In this document: in pieces, positions 1 to 12,884 of the stretch
Layout: the number at the start of each line of letters is the position of its first letter
Numbering within the stretch: position 1 is the stretch's first letter
Assembly (NCBI RefSeq): GCF_037042905.1
Contig: NC_087251.1
Span: 18,168,001 to 18,232,000 of the forward strand
Reading direction: 5' to 3'
Source: Lytechinus pictus
Lineage: Eukaryota
DNA length: 64,000 nt
Position numbers and translations under genes: made by a program
The notes under the pieces: model-generated
The model's database searches: none
What the model was told of the DNA's origin: nothing
The model's input: only the letters and a program-made list of their open reading frames with translations

Positions 1-534
1 CCTAAGTGAGTTGAGGGTGTGGGGGAATGCGTGAGTGCGTGTGTGTGTAACTGAGGAAAGAAAGAAGGAAGGAAAACAACAACATATGTTTGTGCATTTT
101 TATTTTAGGCTTGTTTATTTGCAATATAGTCTCGGCGGTGCATGCCGCGAATGTATACCCACCGAACATTATACTAACATAGCAGCTTGTGATATCTATG
201 CAGCAAAATGAGCCGGCAAAAATGTCAACATTGTTATTACAAAAATCCAATTTTCTTTCAAATGTTGACATAAAATTCAGAAAAATATAATAATTTCACC
301 CTTCTGTCCTTTTTTTTTCTTTCTCGGTCATTAAAATTTTGGGAGGACAAGCGCCCCTAAGCCCCCCCCCCCCCATCTATACGCCATTTTGCTTATAATC
401 TTTTAAATTTCATATTGTTGTTACTATTTGATAAATAGTTTTCATCGAAACGACTAGTTCAGAAAACTAGTACTGAACACAGCCTTGAAATCGCGAAAAG
501 CTCCCCCGGTTGTCCCGAAAGGGTGCGTTAAAGG

Positions 535-571
535 CATAGAGATATATATTACAAGTTTGCATATCTCTATG
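535..571. mobile_element. 37-bp minimal TIR element (CATAGAGATAT...ATATCTCTATG) with 8-bp TSD, hAT/P-like
   Basis: GTTAAAGG is repeated at 527-534 and 572-579 around an 11-bp inverted repeat. Also present in the duplicate near 11617-11653. Confidence 0.65.
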
Positions 572-1613
572 GTTAAAGGTCAAGTCCACCTCATAAAATT
601 TTGATTTGAGTAAATAGAGAAAATCAAACTAACATAACACTGACGATTTCATCAAAATCGGATGTAAAATAAGAAAGTTATGATATTTTTAGAATTTCGC
701 TTGTTTTTCAAAAAGCAGTGATATGCACGAATCAGCGACGTGTAAATGAGACAGTCAAAGACTATGTCCTTCACTCACTATTTCTTTTGTTTTTTATTGT
801 TTGAATTATATAATATTTCATTTCTTACATATTTGACAATAAGGACCGACTTGACTGAACACAATCAAACTCGTTGAATTAACTCAAGTTTAAAGAAGAT
901 TAATAAACAAAATAAATAAAATACACATTATAAGCGAGCTTGTCGACGTAACACAAATTATAATTGAGGTTAGTCCTATATTCGTAGTCAGTGGAGTAAT
1001 AAGTAAACCATTTGAGGGAGAGGTTCTGAATAGTCGTGAGAGAGAGAGAAGCAATAGAGTCAATTTTTGTACCTTTTTAACTGATAATATAATTGTGCTA
1101 CAGATAGAACATAATGTCCTGAAAATCATTTTATATCTTACTTTTTCCCTTTCATTTCCTTTTTTTTTCTTTCTCGTTCAAGAATCTTTGAAATTGAGAA
1201 AAAATACATGTACATTAAACGAAATCAAAATGTTTACTAGTTGTAAACATGTTTAATGTCATGCCCTACTAAAATCCGTTTTTCCCGTTCATATTGTGTG
1301 CACTTTTTTGCCATATCAGTTTATTTGCAATCACACAGATGTATTTTCGTTATGTTGACTACACAGACTTGGGCAGTTTCACTACAGATGCTCTGATATT
1401 CCAAGAAAATTTCATCGATTCTTAAAAAAGTCATGTATTCAAGTTGTTTTATGTCAACAAAATAAATTACGATTTTAAAGTTTCTGAGCAACTAATCGCA
1501 TAAAGGAATTAAACATAATATTATTCAGAGCTTCAACACACAACCGGTCAGCTTCATATCAACACAATAATTTGCTAGGGTACCGGTGTACTCCAATCAT
1601 TGTTATATTATTC

Positions 1614-1792
1614 TCATTCACACTCGAGAAAGCCAAGTTCAAACTTCATCTTTTCATTTGAACTGCCAGTATCTCTGAAGTGTAGCCTTGTGACCGGAAG
1701 TCGATCTCTATCAGTTAGGTAGCCATCATCTGTTAACCACATATCTGAAGAACGGTAACAATTGCAGGGAGCATCCACGCTGTAGTGACAAG
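1614..1792 (-). pseudogene. Duplicated copy of terminal exon 6 of the secreted gene
   Basis: Near-identical to 12706-12884 with intact acceptor and TGA. Substitutions ALC->APC and FGDTGGS->FRDTGSS. Confidence 0.8.
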
Positions 1793-1936
1793 CTAAACAG
1801 GGAAACGAAATTTAAAAAAAAATGAATTCAAGCTTTACCCACATAAAATAATGTATGTAATATCATAATAATTGTTTTCTTTGTATCCGTTTCGTGCCTA
1901 TAGATGCATCCATAGCAACTAATCAATAAACAACAA

Positions 1937-2355
1937 CGTAACAAAAGACTTAATGGCTGATCGTCAACAAAACGGAGTGTCGAGTGAGCCTGGACGCTAG
2001 CCTGTAAAACCTCTCCATTTCATTAAATTATTGAAAATCAAGCCTTGTTTCAAATAACTAGAACTTTCTTATTTCTTGACCATTTTCTTTAATTGAGGTA
2101 TCAAATAAAAGAGCAGATGTTGAACTTTTTAGGCATGTGATTTTCTTTTTTTAATTCAGATAGCCTCCGCCAAATCACTTTTGGTATCCCCTCTTCAAAT
2201 TGTTTTGCTCACTCATGCGTGAATGAGAAATAATCTTAGTAATTTCAGATGAAAGAGGAGATTCTAAGCTTTACAATGGTAGGTCATTTGTCTATTGCAT
2301 TTGTGATTAAGATATCATCGATAAATCTCGGTTTCGTTTTTTCTGGGACGCACTG
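1937..2355 (-). mobile_element. Tc1/mariner-like non-autonomous element fragment (CAGTGCGTCCCAG terminus in a (TA)n tract)
   Basis: 1983-2355 is the reverse complement of the copy at 23653-24034, with a TA|CAGTG terminus. Left boundary is approximate. Confidence 0.65.
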
Positions 2356-2419
2356 TATATATATATATATATATATACACGCACACACTCCCTCCCACAC
2401 ACACTTAAAAAAAAAAAAA

Positions 2420-2593
2420 AAGTTCACACCTAGTAACCAATAATGCATATAGCACTTCCATTTATTTGAAAGCAAGATAAAAGAGCATCGTAGATTAAAT
2501 GCCTTGCTCACGGGCATAGCTGCCGCGGCCGGAGATCGAACCCCAGACTTTTTCATGTATAGCCAGGCGCCTTAGACCACTCGACCACGGGAC
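2420..2593 (-). mobile_element. tRNA-derived SINE
   Basis: Minus-strand head gtcccgtggtcgagtggtctaaggcg...ggttcgatctcc (A and B boxes) followed by non-tRNA body. Confidence 0.7.
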
Positions 2594-3474
2594 GCACACA
2601 CTCGACCACGGGACACACACACACACTCACCCCCACACCCTCACCCTGATACACACCATACACCCTTCCAAACACCCGTCATCATTAAGTCTCATCCCTA
2701 TTATAACGCATACAGGTATAATGGGTAAAAAAATCATGTAAAACATTTAAAAAAATCCCTACTAAGCCGAGATACCCCTCCCCCAACCAACCTATCCCTT
2801 TGTGATTCATTTCCTTAAATTAGCTAACGTCCTTTTGAAACTGGTAGTGGTATTAGATTGTTGCATTTTAATTGGTAGTGAGTTCAAGCATTGAGCCCCC
2901 CCCCCCCCTTGAACCTAAAAGTTTTCTTACCTGATTCGGTTTTTGCTTGGGGGATATTTAAAGTTAGTGGACCTGACCGTGTATTATTATGTATGCCTAT
3001 AAAATGAAAATCTTTCAAAAAAATATGTCGGTGCCTATCCTGTCATTATCTTAAATATCATTATAGCAATGTTGTCACTTCTGTTTTCTTGTAGCGTTAC
3101 CCATTTTAATTTATTTAAATTTTCTTTGGAAGATGAATACCATGGAGATCGATTTATTATTCGGGCAGCCCTAGTTTGTAGCTTTTGAAGAACTTTCTGA
3201 TTAATCAACCCGCAGTTATCCCCATACAGCATCACAATAGCTTAAATGTGACACTATCGAGGAATTATAAACAATGATCAGATCATTTTCGTCGACGAAG
3301 TTCTTTATAGACTTTAACATGAATAAACCACCATTTACTTTCTTCTGAACATAATTAACATGGTTTTGCCATGTTAAATTAGAATCAAGAATAACACTTA
3401 AATATTTACATTCATCTACCTTACGTAATGGAGTATTATCAATATGTATCTGAAACAGCATTTTCAATTTTACA

Positions 3475-4432
3475 GAGCCTTTGTTTGGTACCTAGTACCC
3501 ATGGTTTGAAAGGAACACAAATACAAGGACACTAAGAACAAGAAGAATATGTATGGAACCTAGAAGTAGAACTGATTGCTACAGGAACAGCCCAGTCCCC
3601 TTCTTTACGAGACTTTTAAACTCCCATGGACTGTGAAGAACTATGTTTTCATACCTTTGTTGTTTTATTTGTAGGTTCTCTTAAACTGTAACTGACTTTT
3701 GAAATATTTTTTTATTGTTAATTTCTGCAGTAATCATTGAACTTTCTTTTCCGAAAAGTCACTGGCTCATAATGTTATAACCCACTTTAAATTTATATTT
3801 ATATTTTTTGTACAGATCATATTACTTCAACGTCCTATTAGTTTTAATTTTAATTCCTTTTGAGATAATTCTTTATATATGATTATCATTTATGACTCCG
3901 ATTCCTACAACTATTGTTATTACCATCAACGCAGTGTTTCTTTAGAATCATTATCAAGCATATCGAGAACAATCCCAACCCAGATTACTGTTTCATTTAT
4001 AAATCCTTTGTATGAAATATACATTTTCCTCCTTCAATTTGACCCTAATTAATAGCTTTCTTTTGTTTCTTTTCTAAAAAAAAGCAAGTATTATTTTATA
4101 CAATCCACTCTTTAATCTACATGTATTGTTATTCATTCAAAATTTGTTAGATATATATTTATGCTAAAATGTTCATTATGTTAAAGGTATATACATTTTA
4201 GTCTACTCCTTACCCCTCCTTACCTTTCCCCATTCCTGCTTTTGACATTACTTCTCCCTCTGTATACTTACCTTTCCAATATTATACATTAGTATACTTT
4301 GTTTGGTTTTTTTATTGTTTTGCTTGTTTGTTTACTTAAATTTTACTCTGTACAAATTCATGTAATTCAGCCTTTGGCTGCTAATTGAATGTTTATCACA
4401 ATAAATACCATTTATCTATCTATCTATCTATC
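3475..4432 (+). mobile_element. Insertion in the LINE: probable 3' end of another retroelement with AATAAA and (TATC)n tail
   Basis: Interrupts the RT reading frame between ORFs 4420-4776 and 3216-3467, and ends cacaataaataccatttatctatctatctatc. Confidence 0.55.
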
Positions 4433-6344
4433 TCTAGTACAATGTACTCGGTTTTATCGATGTTTAAATGTAGTTTATTTTTAATCAGCCATTTTCTAAT
4501 GTTTTCTAGATCTTCATTAATCCTAAAACATAGTTCAGTGGGGCTTTTGCCTGAGCAATAAATCATCGTATCATTTGCATACAAGCTAACTTTACAATGT
4601 TTTAAAATAGACGGTAGATCATTAACAAATACGATAAAAAGTAGAGGTCCCAATATTGATCCTTGGGGAATACCACCCAGGATAAGGCGAGTTTGTGATA
4701 TATGATGGCCACTGACTCTTGTAACCTGCCCTCTTCCTGTCAAATAATTCCATTTTGTGCACTCTATCCAGGCCATACTGACATAATTTATCGATTGACA
4801 ATTCGTGACTTACAGTGTCAAATGCTTTGCGCAGATCAAGCATTACAGCACATACAATACGTTATCAAATTCATCAAACCAAGCATCGGTGATTGAAAGC
4901 AGTGTTGTCATGGTTGCATGAAGGGGCCTATACATGTATAGAGCCTAATTGGGAAGCATTCAAGAGATGATTAGAATTAAAGTAATTGTACAATTTGTAA
5001 AAAAAAACTATTTTTTCTAAGATCTTTGATAAGATCGGTAAAATAGAAATCGGTCTGAATAATTAAGTTCATTAGAGCCTCCTTTGTGTAATGCAGTCAC
5101 GATGGCATTTTCCCACATTTCAGGAACTTCACCGAATATAAAAGACAGGTTCATTATATGTCTTAAGGGCTGAGTGATATATTCGGCAACTAATTTGATC
5201 AATTTAGCGGGTAACAAATCGCACCCCATAGCTTTATCATTTTGGTAAATTCAAGATATACCTATACGCCTCACTTTCATTTACCAGTGTGAAATGTAAC
5301 TGTATTTTGAGGCAAATAATGGAAAGAATACGTAAGTTCGGAATTAATTGTGGGCTCTATAATTGAATTTGCTAACTTGGTTCCTATATTAACAAAATGT
5401 TCATTTAATTTTTCGGAAATCAGAATAGGATCATGAATATCAATTTCATCACATTTTATAAACGGCATTTCATTTGATTTATTGTTTCTATTCAATAGCA
5501 TATTCAGATTTTTCCTTGTTTCTTTTACATCGCCTTTCGAAGTCTCGATTTTTTTTTTAAAGTAAATCTTTTTCTTGTACTCCAGTTTTGTTGTTACAAA
5601 ATTCTTAATTTTCTTATATGCATTCCAATCTTCATCCTGATTATCTTTAACTGCTTTTCTTTTCATACTGTCTCTTTTACGAATCATTGCCAGAATATCT
5701 GCATCAATCCATGGAAAGCTGTCCCTTTTTATCTTCTTTTTTTCTTAATGGGACAAATTTATTACATGATAACGAAAAAGAATTTGTAAAAGAATTGGCA
5801 GACTCATCAACCGTTGAAGAACTAGACACATCTTTGTAATTAGTATTACCTACTTCTTCACGAAATGCGTCGTCGTTGAATCTTTTATAATTCCTGTACA
5901 CCTTGTACGCATGATGACATTTTTTAAACCACCTTTTTCCAAATAAAGCAAAAACAAGTGAATGGTCACTAATCACGGTGTGTATAACGCCGCTCTCTTC
6001 TATATTTTAGAAGTATTGGAAGTATAGATAACATCAATGAGAGTTTGAGACTTTTGATCGACTCTGGTTGGTGTCTCAATTATTTGACGTATGGAATAAC
6101 AATTCGTCAATTCAATTAGTCTCTTTTAATAGCAGCTGGGAGGGAAAGCTAATAGATAACAATTTAAGTCCCATATTAGGATACTATCCTTAGATTCATC
6201 ATCCAACTTGGCTAACACATTTTCAATAACATCAAACAAATACATGCTACAGCCAGGTGGACGGTACTAGGCTAGTATAATAATCGCAGCAGACTTTGGT
6301 TGTCTCACTTTTACAGCAATCATTTCAAGGTCTTCTGACATTAA

Positions 6345-6932
6345 AGGTCAACTCCACCCCAGGAAAATTCTGACTTGAATAAATAGAGAAAAATCAAACT
6401 AGCATAGTGCTGAAAATCTCATCAAAATCGGATGTAAAATAAGAAAGTTATGACTTTTTAAAATTTTGCTTATTTTTTACAAAACAGTGATATGCACAAG
6501 GTGAGTCAGTCGATGATGTCCATCACTCACTATTTCTTTTGTTTTTTTTATTGTTTGAATTATACAATATTTCATTTTTTTTATATAGATTTGACAGTGA
6601 GGATCAACTTGACTGTACCATATAGTATTAAACAATGCTAATTCCACATGTTCAGGGAGGAAATAATTGTTGTATCACTTAAAAATGAGGAGAAAAATGA
6701 GAATATTTCATATAAAGAAATACAAAATAAAAAGTGAGTGGATGACATCATAGTCTCCTCATTTACATACCAGCCAGGATGTGCATATAACTGTTTTGTG
6801 AAATTAAGCGAAACCTTGAAATGTCATATCTTTCTTATTTTACATCCGATTTTGATGAAATTTTTAGTGTTATGCTTGTTGGATTTTTCTCTTTTTATTC
6901 AAATCAATGTTTTGTTGGGGTGGACTTGTCGT
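6345..6932. mobile_element. Kolobok/piggyBac-like MITE with TTAA TSD, nested in the LINE endonuclease
   Basis: TTAA|AGGTCAACTCCACCCC...GGGGTGGACTTGTCGT|TTAA. Removing it restores RSDLMSEDLEMIAV. Family members at 48395-48980 and partial copies at 577-890 and 11659-11970. Confidence 0.85.
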
Positions 6933-7816
6933 TTAAATCTGATCTTAATGTATGTTCGAGGCGTTTTTCATACAAGTACGCCTCCACCCTGCCTATTTCT
7001 GTCTTTTCTATATACCATTTAATCATTAATATGTATTTGTTTGTTATCAATCGTGTCACATAATCGGGTCTCATTCAGTCCCAAGACATCGAAATTATGT
7101 TCATTTACTAAAATGTTCACTTGATCTAGGTTTGGATATAGAGTCCTGACATTAAGATGGGCAATGCTAATTCCGAGCTTTTTTACAGACGATGATTTGT
7201 GAAATTTAGTAGTAAATATTTTATTAGAAATGTCAAACCTTCGGTCAGTAGCTATTGTAACTTCTGACATCAAATCGTCTTGTGTATATGAGCTTAATAA
7301 AGATAAATTGGGACTGATAGAGCAATGCTCCATTTCATTATGTTAAGTTACAATCGCATTTTGTTGAGATATAAAATAATATGTGAGATTATATGATGAT
7401 AATTGTATGATGATGCCAAAATAGGTTGCCTCCTGATTTGAGAGCTATACAGTAAAGATGTGACTTTATAATCACGTTTGTCCAATGTTGTCCATTGAGG
7501 AAAATGTTTTTTTTACGTTCATCTGCATCTGCGTTCACTCGTGTATATTAAATCTTTTCGGATTACTTGTTATGCATGTGGTGTGTCATATAGCTAGCAA
7601 GACTATTTTCGTTTATATATTTGTCAAAATATGTCTCTCTCTCCTTATACTCTCCTTTCCTCCCCTTCTCATTATGACTAGTTTCAGGTGAATAATTATA
7701 ATAAAAAACTTTCTAATACGCAAATATGGTGATCACAGTCACCCCTTCCTAAATCGCCACCCAAACCATCCGCAATAATTTCAACTTTTTTCTCTTGACG
7801 AAACCCACGAGCCTAC

Positions 7817-7999
7817 CTGGTAGTGTACAGATCTTTGGTGATGTAGGGCATTTAAAATGGTCGACATCGCCATGGTTGCGGATCATCATTTGGCGGGAAG
7901 CCCATTTGATGACAAGTTGAATCGTCTGTCCCGATGCAGTGTTTATACTTTTACAATGTATAATGTTATCATTGCATGAATTCACACCGACCGCTCCAT
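7817..7999 (-). pseudogene. Duplicated copy of exon 2 of the secreted gene (orphan paralogous exon)
   Basis: Near-identical to 21662-21844, frame open, AG and gtaggc sites kept. Homology with the main copy stops about 7 nt into the acceptor (~8006). Downstream intron ~7350-7816 matches ~21225-21661. Confidence 0.75.
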
Positions 8000-8109
8000 C
8001 TGTTGACGCAGCAATCATCCACGACATCATCATCGACACCATCATTAACCACGTTACCGCCGAAATGAGAACCATCATGAGTGTTGTCGACACTCGACCA
8101 TCTATGATA

Positions 8110-10263
8110 TTAGTATCTCTTATCATCCAAATATCAACAGATTGATCTTTATTGTAATCGTAAATCCTATCCATCCGTTCAATCAAACCAATTACTTGGT
8201 TAACTTCAACGATAATTTAATGCTTTTAGGTGATTGTAAAGCTCTTGTATGATATGTGAGTGACAATCATGACAATGAGAAATATCTATTTTTGTCGTCT
8301 TCAGAGTGTTAATATGTTAAGATGGTGCCCTCGACTGAGAGAAATATAATTTCTTATCATCCAAATATTAACAGATTGTGTGGTAAATTTCAATCGCACC
8401 GTGCGAGGGAGAACAAATCCTATCTTTATTGTAATCGTAGATCCTATAGCCATCCGCTCAATCGAACTAATTACTTGGTTACCTTCAACGATAATTTAAT
8501 GCTTTTAGGTGATTGTAAAGCTCTTGTATGAGATGTGAGTGACATTGAGCAATATCTATTTTTATGGTCTTTAGAGTGTTAATATGTTAAGATGGTGCCC
8601 TGGACTGAGAGAAATATAATTTGAACAAATAAATCATTAGACACTAAAATACTTTCATCCAAATCGGTCAAGGAGTAAAAAAGTTATGACATTTTTCATT
8701 TTTGCTTAATTTCGGTGAAAACTAGTTCTATGCATGTCTTCATGAATATCCTTTGTGCAACTTAATCTATTATAAGGGAGAAAACACTTTCATGGAGGCT
8801 TGCGTTATAAATGTTTTCAAAAAATATTGCTGAACTTTAAAAGTGAAGTTATTTGCTATCAGATTTTGATCACATTTTCAGCGTAGCGTCTATATATTTT
8901 GATAGAGATAGTCATTTTCCGCCTGGAGTACTCCTGAGTTTGCATACACTCTATAAAGAGGGTTTACCCAATATTAGGTAAAATGGGAACATGCCGATGG
9001 AATAGCCCAATTATATGGGGTAAAAGAATAAAATACCCAGCAAACATGCATGTTTTTATAATTTAAAGTGGGTTTACATTTCATTTTTCATTTGATTCTT
9101 GTTTCTCCACACTTTTCAAAAGCTTGACAATGAAAAATAAAATGAAAAACAAACGTTAGCAATTTCATGTAAATCACAGCTCAGTGTAAAGCAAATATCG
9201 TCACGATGGCCTCGGTGTGTGGGGGAGTGGGGTGGGGCGCAATGCACTCTTCGAAATGTTTTGGGCAAGGAAACAATTAAAAAAGGTAAGAGATATCTTT
9301 AAATCAATTTTACTAGCTAAATTCCACGTGTTCTTCATGATTAAGGTCTACTTTTATTCGCATAACTATTTTTTTCATTTTAATTCAATCATTTAAAAAA
9401 TCAATATACAAACCAAAATATATACAAAATCATTCATGAATATACAGTATAGTTTAAATGATTAGGGTGCCCCTAAATGCAAATCATTTTCACTAACTTT
9501 TCAAAAGTAAGTGGTGCACCATAATCGGCACCATCATTAACCACCATCATTAGTGTCAGTATCCCTTATCATAAAAAATATTCAATGTGTGGTAAATTTC
9601 AATTGCACCGTGCAAGGGAGAATGAATCCTATCTTTATTGTAATATTAGATCCTAGCCATCCACTCAATCAAACCAATTACTTGGTTACCTTCAACGATA
9701 ATTTAATGCTTTTAGGTGATTGTAAAGCTCTTGTATGAGATGTGAGTGACAATGAGCAATATCTATTTTTATGGTCTTCAGAGTGTTAATATGTTAAGAT
9801 GGTGCCCTGGACTGAGAGGAATATGATTTGAACAGATAAATCATTAGACACTTCAAAAAAATTCATCCAAATCGGTCAAGGAGTAAAAAAGTTATGACAT
9901 TTTTCATTTTTGCTTAATTTCGGTGAAAAATAGTTCTATGCATGTCTTCATGAATATCCTTTTTGCAACTTCATCTATTATAAGGGAGAAAACACTTTCA
10001 TGGAGGCTTGCGTTATAAATGTTTTCACAAAAATATTGCTGAACTTTAAAAATGAAGGTATTTGCTTTCAGATTTTGATGGCATGTTCAGCGTTTATTTA
10101 AAAGGAGATAATCATTTTCAGCCTGGAGTTCTCCTGAGTTTACATACACTATAAAAAGAGAATTTACCCAATATTAGGTAAAATGGGAACATGCCGATGT
10201 ATTTCATCGGCATGTTCCCATTTTGGGGGTAAAAGAATAAAATACGTAGCAAACATGCGTGTT
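8110..10263. repeat. Local tandem duplications: ~240-bp unit (8110-8352) and ~700-bp units (8353-9055 and ~9555-10263)
   Basis: Repeated blocks ttacttggt.accttcaacgataatttaatgcttttaggtgattgtaaagctcttgtatga in three copies, and long colinear identity between the two large copies. Confidence 0.9.
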
Positions 10264-11382
10264 CCCTTTGGGTGGAGAAGGCGGGAAGATCGGAAGAAAT
10301 AAGGGAGGGGTTGAAGGAGCTAGGAAAGGAGAGATAGTCCATAGTCATAAATCAAATTTGGAGTTTAGTTTATAATGATAATAATTATTCACCGTCATAA
10401 ATACATTATCTGGAGAAGGGGTTAAGGGATCTTCTAATAATTCTGCAACGTTATTCCACGGCCTGGTACTTTCATACAAATAAAGAATTAATAAAACCTG
10501 CAGGAGTATTAGCCTAACGAAGCAAATTATCATCAGCGTGATTAGCTGTTTATACAACGAAAATGCGTCTGCAATTTTCTGAGTAAATGAATTTAAAATT
10601 TAATCTTTCGAATAAAAAAGACTATTTAAAATCAAGAGACTGGTAAATCTAACGAATCAAGCGGCAAGTGAGAATCGTCTGCGCTCGCGGAGCAGGGGGC
10701 AGCGGCACCCTTTTGAAAAAAAAACCGGAGAGCTTTTCTCGAAAGGGTTGGTCGAGGGAGGGGAGTCAACTTAATGCACCTTTTCGAGACAACCGGGGAA
10801 GCTTTTCACCAAAGGCTGAGGTGAGAAGTCTCTTGTACCAGCTGTTTATTTGTGTGTCTGTGTAAGTTTATGTGAGGGTATGGCGGCCTAAGTGAGTTGA
10901 GGGTGTGGGGGTATGCGTAAGTGCGTGTGTGTGTAACTGAGGAAAGAAAGAAGGAAGGAAAAAACAACAATATATGTTTGTGCATTTTCATTTTAGGCTT
11001 ATTTATCTTCAATAGTCTCGGCGGTGCATGCCGCGAATGTAAACCCACCGAACATTATACTAACATAGCATAGCAGCTTGCATGATATCTATGCAGCAAA
11101 ATGAGCCGGCAAAAATTTCAACATTGTTATTACAAAAATCTAATTTTCTTTCAAATGTTGACATAAAATTCAGAAAAATATAATAATTTCACCCTTCTGT
11201 CCTTTTTTTTTCTTTCTCGGTCATGAAAATTTTGGGAGGAGGACAAGCGCCCCTAAGCCCCCCCCCCCCATCTATACGCCATTTTGCTTATAATCTTTTA
11301 AATTTCATATTGTTGTTACTATTTGATAAATAATTTTCATCGAAACGACTGGTTCAAAAAACTAGTACTGAACACAGCCTTG

Positions 11383-11572
11383 GGCGTTGTGGCATGCGCC
11401 TATATATAATCCAAGCTGTGGGGGAAGTTACAAATTGATGCAGAGTTTCGAGGTTCGAGCCCTGGTCACGTCTTTCGGATGGTTACGTTAAAGGTCGGTC
11501 CCAGACGTAAATAATCATATCTGATTGATACACGTCTGACAAAACTCAAATACACACACAGTCACACACACA
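11383..11572 (+). mobile_element. tRNA-derived SINE with (CA)n tail, absent from the duplicate copy
   Basis: B box ggttcgagccc, CA-repeat tail, flanking CTTG direct repeat. Empty site agccttgaaat at 481-491. Confidence 0.8.
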
Positions 11573-12705
11573 CTTGAAATCGCTCCCCCGGTTGTCCCGA
11601 AAGGGTGCGTTAAAGGCATAGAGATATATATTACTAATTTGCTTATCTCTATGGTTAAAGGTCAAGTCCACCCCAAAAAATGTTGATTTGAGTAAATAGA
11701 GAAAATCAAACTAACAAAACACTGACGATTTCATCAAAATCGGATGTAAAAGAAGAAAGATAAGATATTTTTAAAATTTCGCTTGTTTTTCACAAAACAG
11801 TGATATGCACGAATCAGAGACGTGTAAATGAGACAGTCGAAGACTATGTCCTTCACTCACTATTTCTTTTGTTTTTTATTGTTTGAATTATACAATATTC
11901 AATTTCTTACATATTTGACAATAAGGACCGACTTGACTGAACACATCAAACTCGTTGAATTCACTTATGTTTAAAGAAGATTAATAAACAAAATAAATAA
12001 AATACACATTATAAGCGAGCTTGTCGACGTAACACAAATTATAATTGAGGTTAGTCCTATATTCGTAGTCAGTGGAGTAATAAGTAAACCATTTGAGGGA
12101 GAGGTTCTGAATAGTCGTGAGAGAGAGAGAAGCAATAGTCAGAGTCAATTTTTGTACCTTTTTAACTGATAATATAATTGTGCTGCAGATAGAAAATAAT
12201 GTCCTGAAAATCATTTCATACCTTACTTTTTCCCTTTCATTTCCTTTTTTTTTCATTCTCGTTCAAGAAACTTTGAAATTGAGAAAAAATACATTAAATG
12301 AAATCAAAATGTGTACTAGTTGTAAACATTTTAAAAACATTTTTAATGTCATGCCCTGTACTAAAATCCGTTTTTCCTGTTCATATTGAGTGCACTTTTT
12401 TGCCATATCAGTTTATTTGCAATCACACAGATGTAATTTCGCTATGTTGACTACACAGACTTGGGCAGCTTCATTACAGATGCTCTGATATTCCAAGAAA
12501 ATTTCACCGATTCTTAAAAAGGTCATGTATTCAAGTTGTTTTATGTCAACAAAATAAATTACGATTTTAAAGTTTCTGAGCAACTAATCGCATAAAGGAA
12601 TTAAACATAATATTATTCAGAGCTTCAACACACAACCGGTCAGCGTCATATCAACACAATAATTTGCTAGGGTACCGGTGTACTCCAATTATTGTTATAT
12701 TATTC

Positions 12706-12884
12706 TCATTCACACTCGAGAAAGCCAAGTTCAAACTTCATCTTTTCATTTGAACCGCCAGTATCTCCAAAGTGTAGCCTTGTGACCGGAAGTCGATCTC
12801 TATCAGTTAGGTAGCCATCATCTGTTAACCACATATCTGAAGAACGGTAACAATTGCAGAGAGCGTCCACGCTGTAGTGACAAG
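12706..12884 (-). CDS. Same gene, terminal exon 6 (TCHYSVDALCNC...DDGYLTDRDRLPVTRLHFGDTG...LGFLECE*)
   Basis: Acceptor ccctgtttag, 179 nt, TGA at 12706-12708. The CNC...DxGxLTxxxxLPVxxxxFGDT...LGxLxC motif is typical of Caspr/neurexin IV. Confidence 0.9.

Larger units (their letters stand above)
1..1936. repeat. Segmental duplication, copy of 10887-13021 (continues past window start)
   Basis: Colinear high-identity match from cctaagtgagttgaggg to aatcaataaacaacaa. The 10887 copy carries an extra ~190-bp SINE. Confidence 0.95.
2700..7335 (-). mobile_element. Decayed L2/CR1-group non-LTR retrotransposon (APE + RT), interrupted by nested insertions
   Basis: Fragments HLNVRTL..LGLNETRL, YRPP, SDHSLVF (endonuclease); LDLRKAFDTV, GIPQGSILGPLLF, YAND (degenerate YADD), KYL..LDSNLTW (RT); C-terminal KTFRFKG..NSLP with stop near 2807. 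Many frameshifts and stops. Confidence 0.93.

Noticed and set aside
4420..5976. Active reverse transcriptase gene or prokaryotic retron/DGR-type RT system
   Set aside because: Fragmented by frameshifts and stops, catalytic YADD is mutated to YAND, and it is linked to an APE endonuclease. This is an ordinary dead LINE.
7749..8186. 145-aa ORF as a single-exon gene
   Set aside because: Only 7817-7999 matches the real exon. The upstream part is low-complexity (ATG/GAT-rich) repeat-derived sequence, and the downstream part reads through a donor site.
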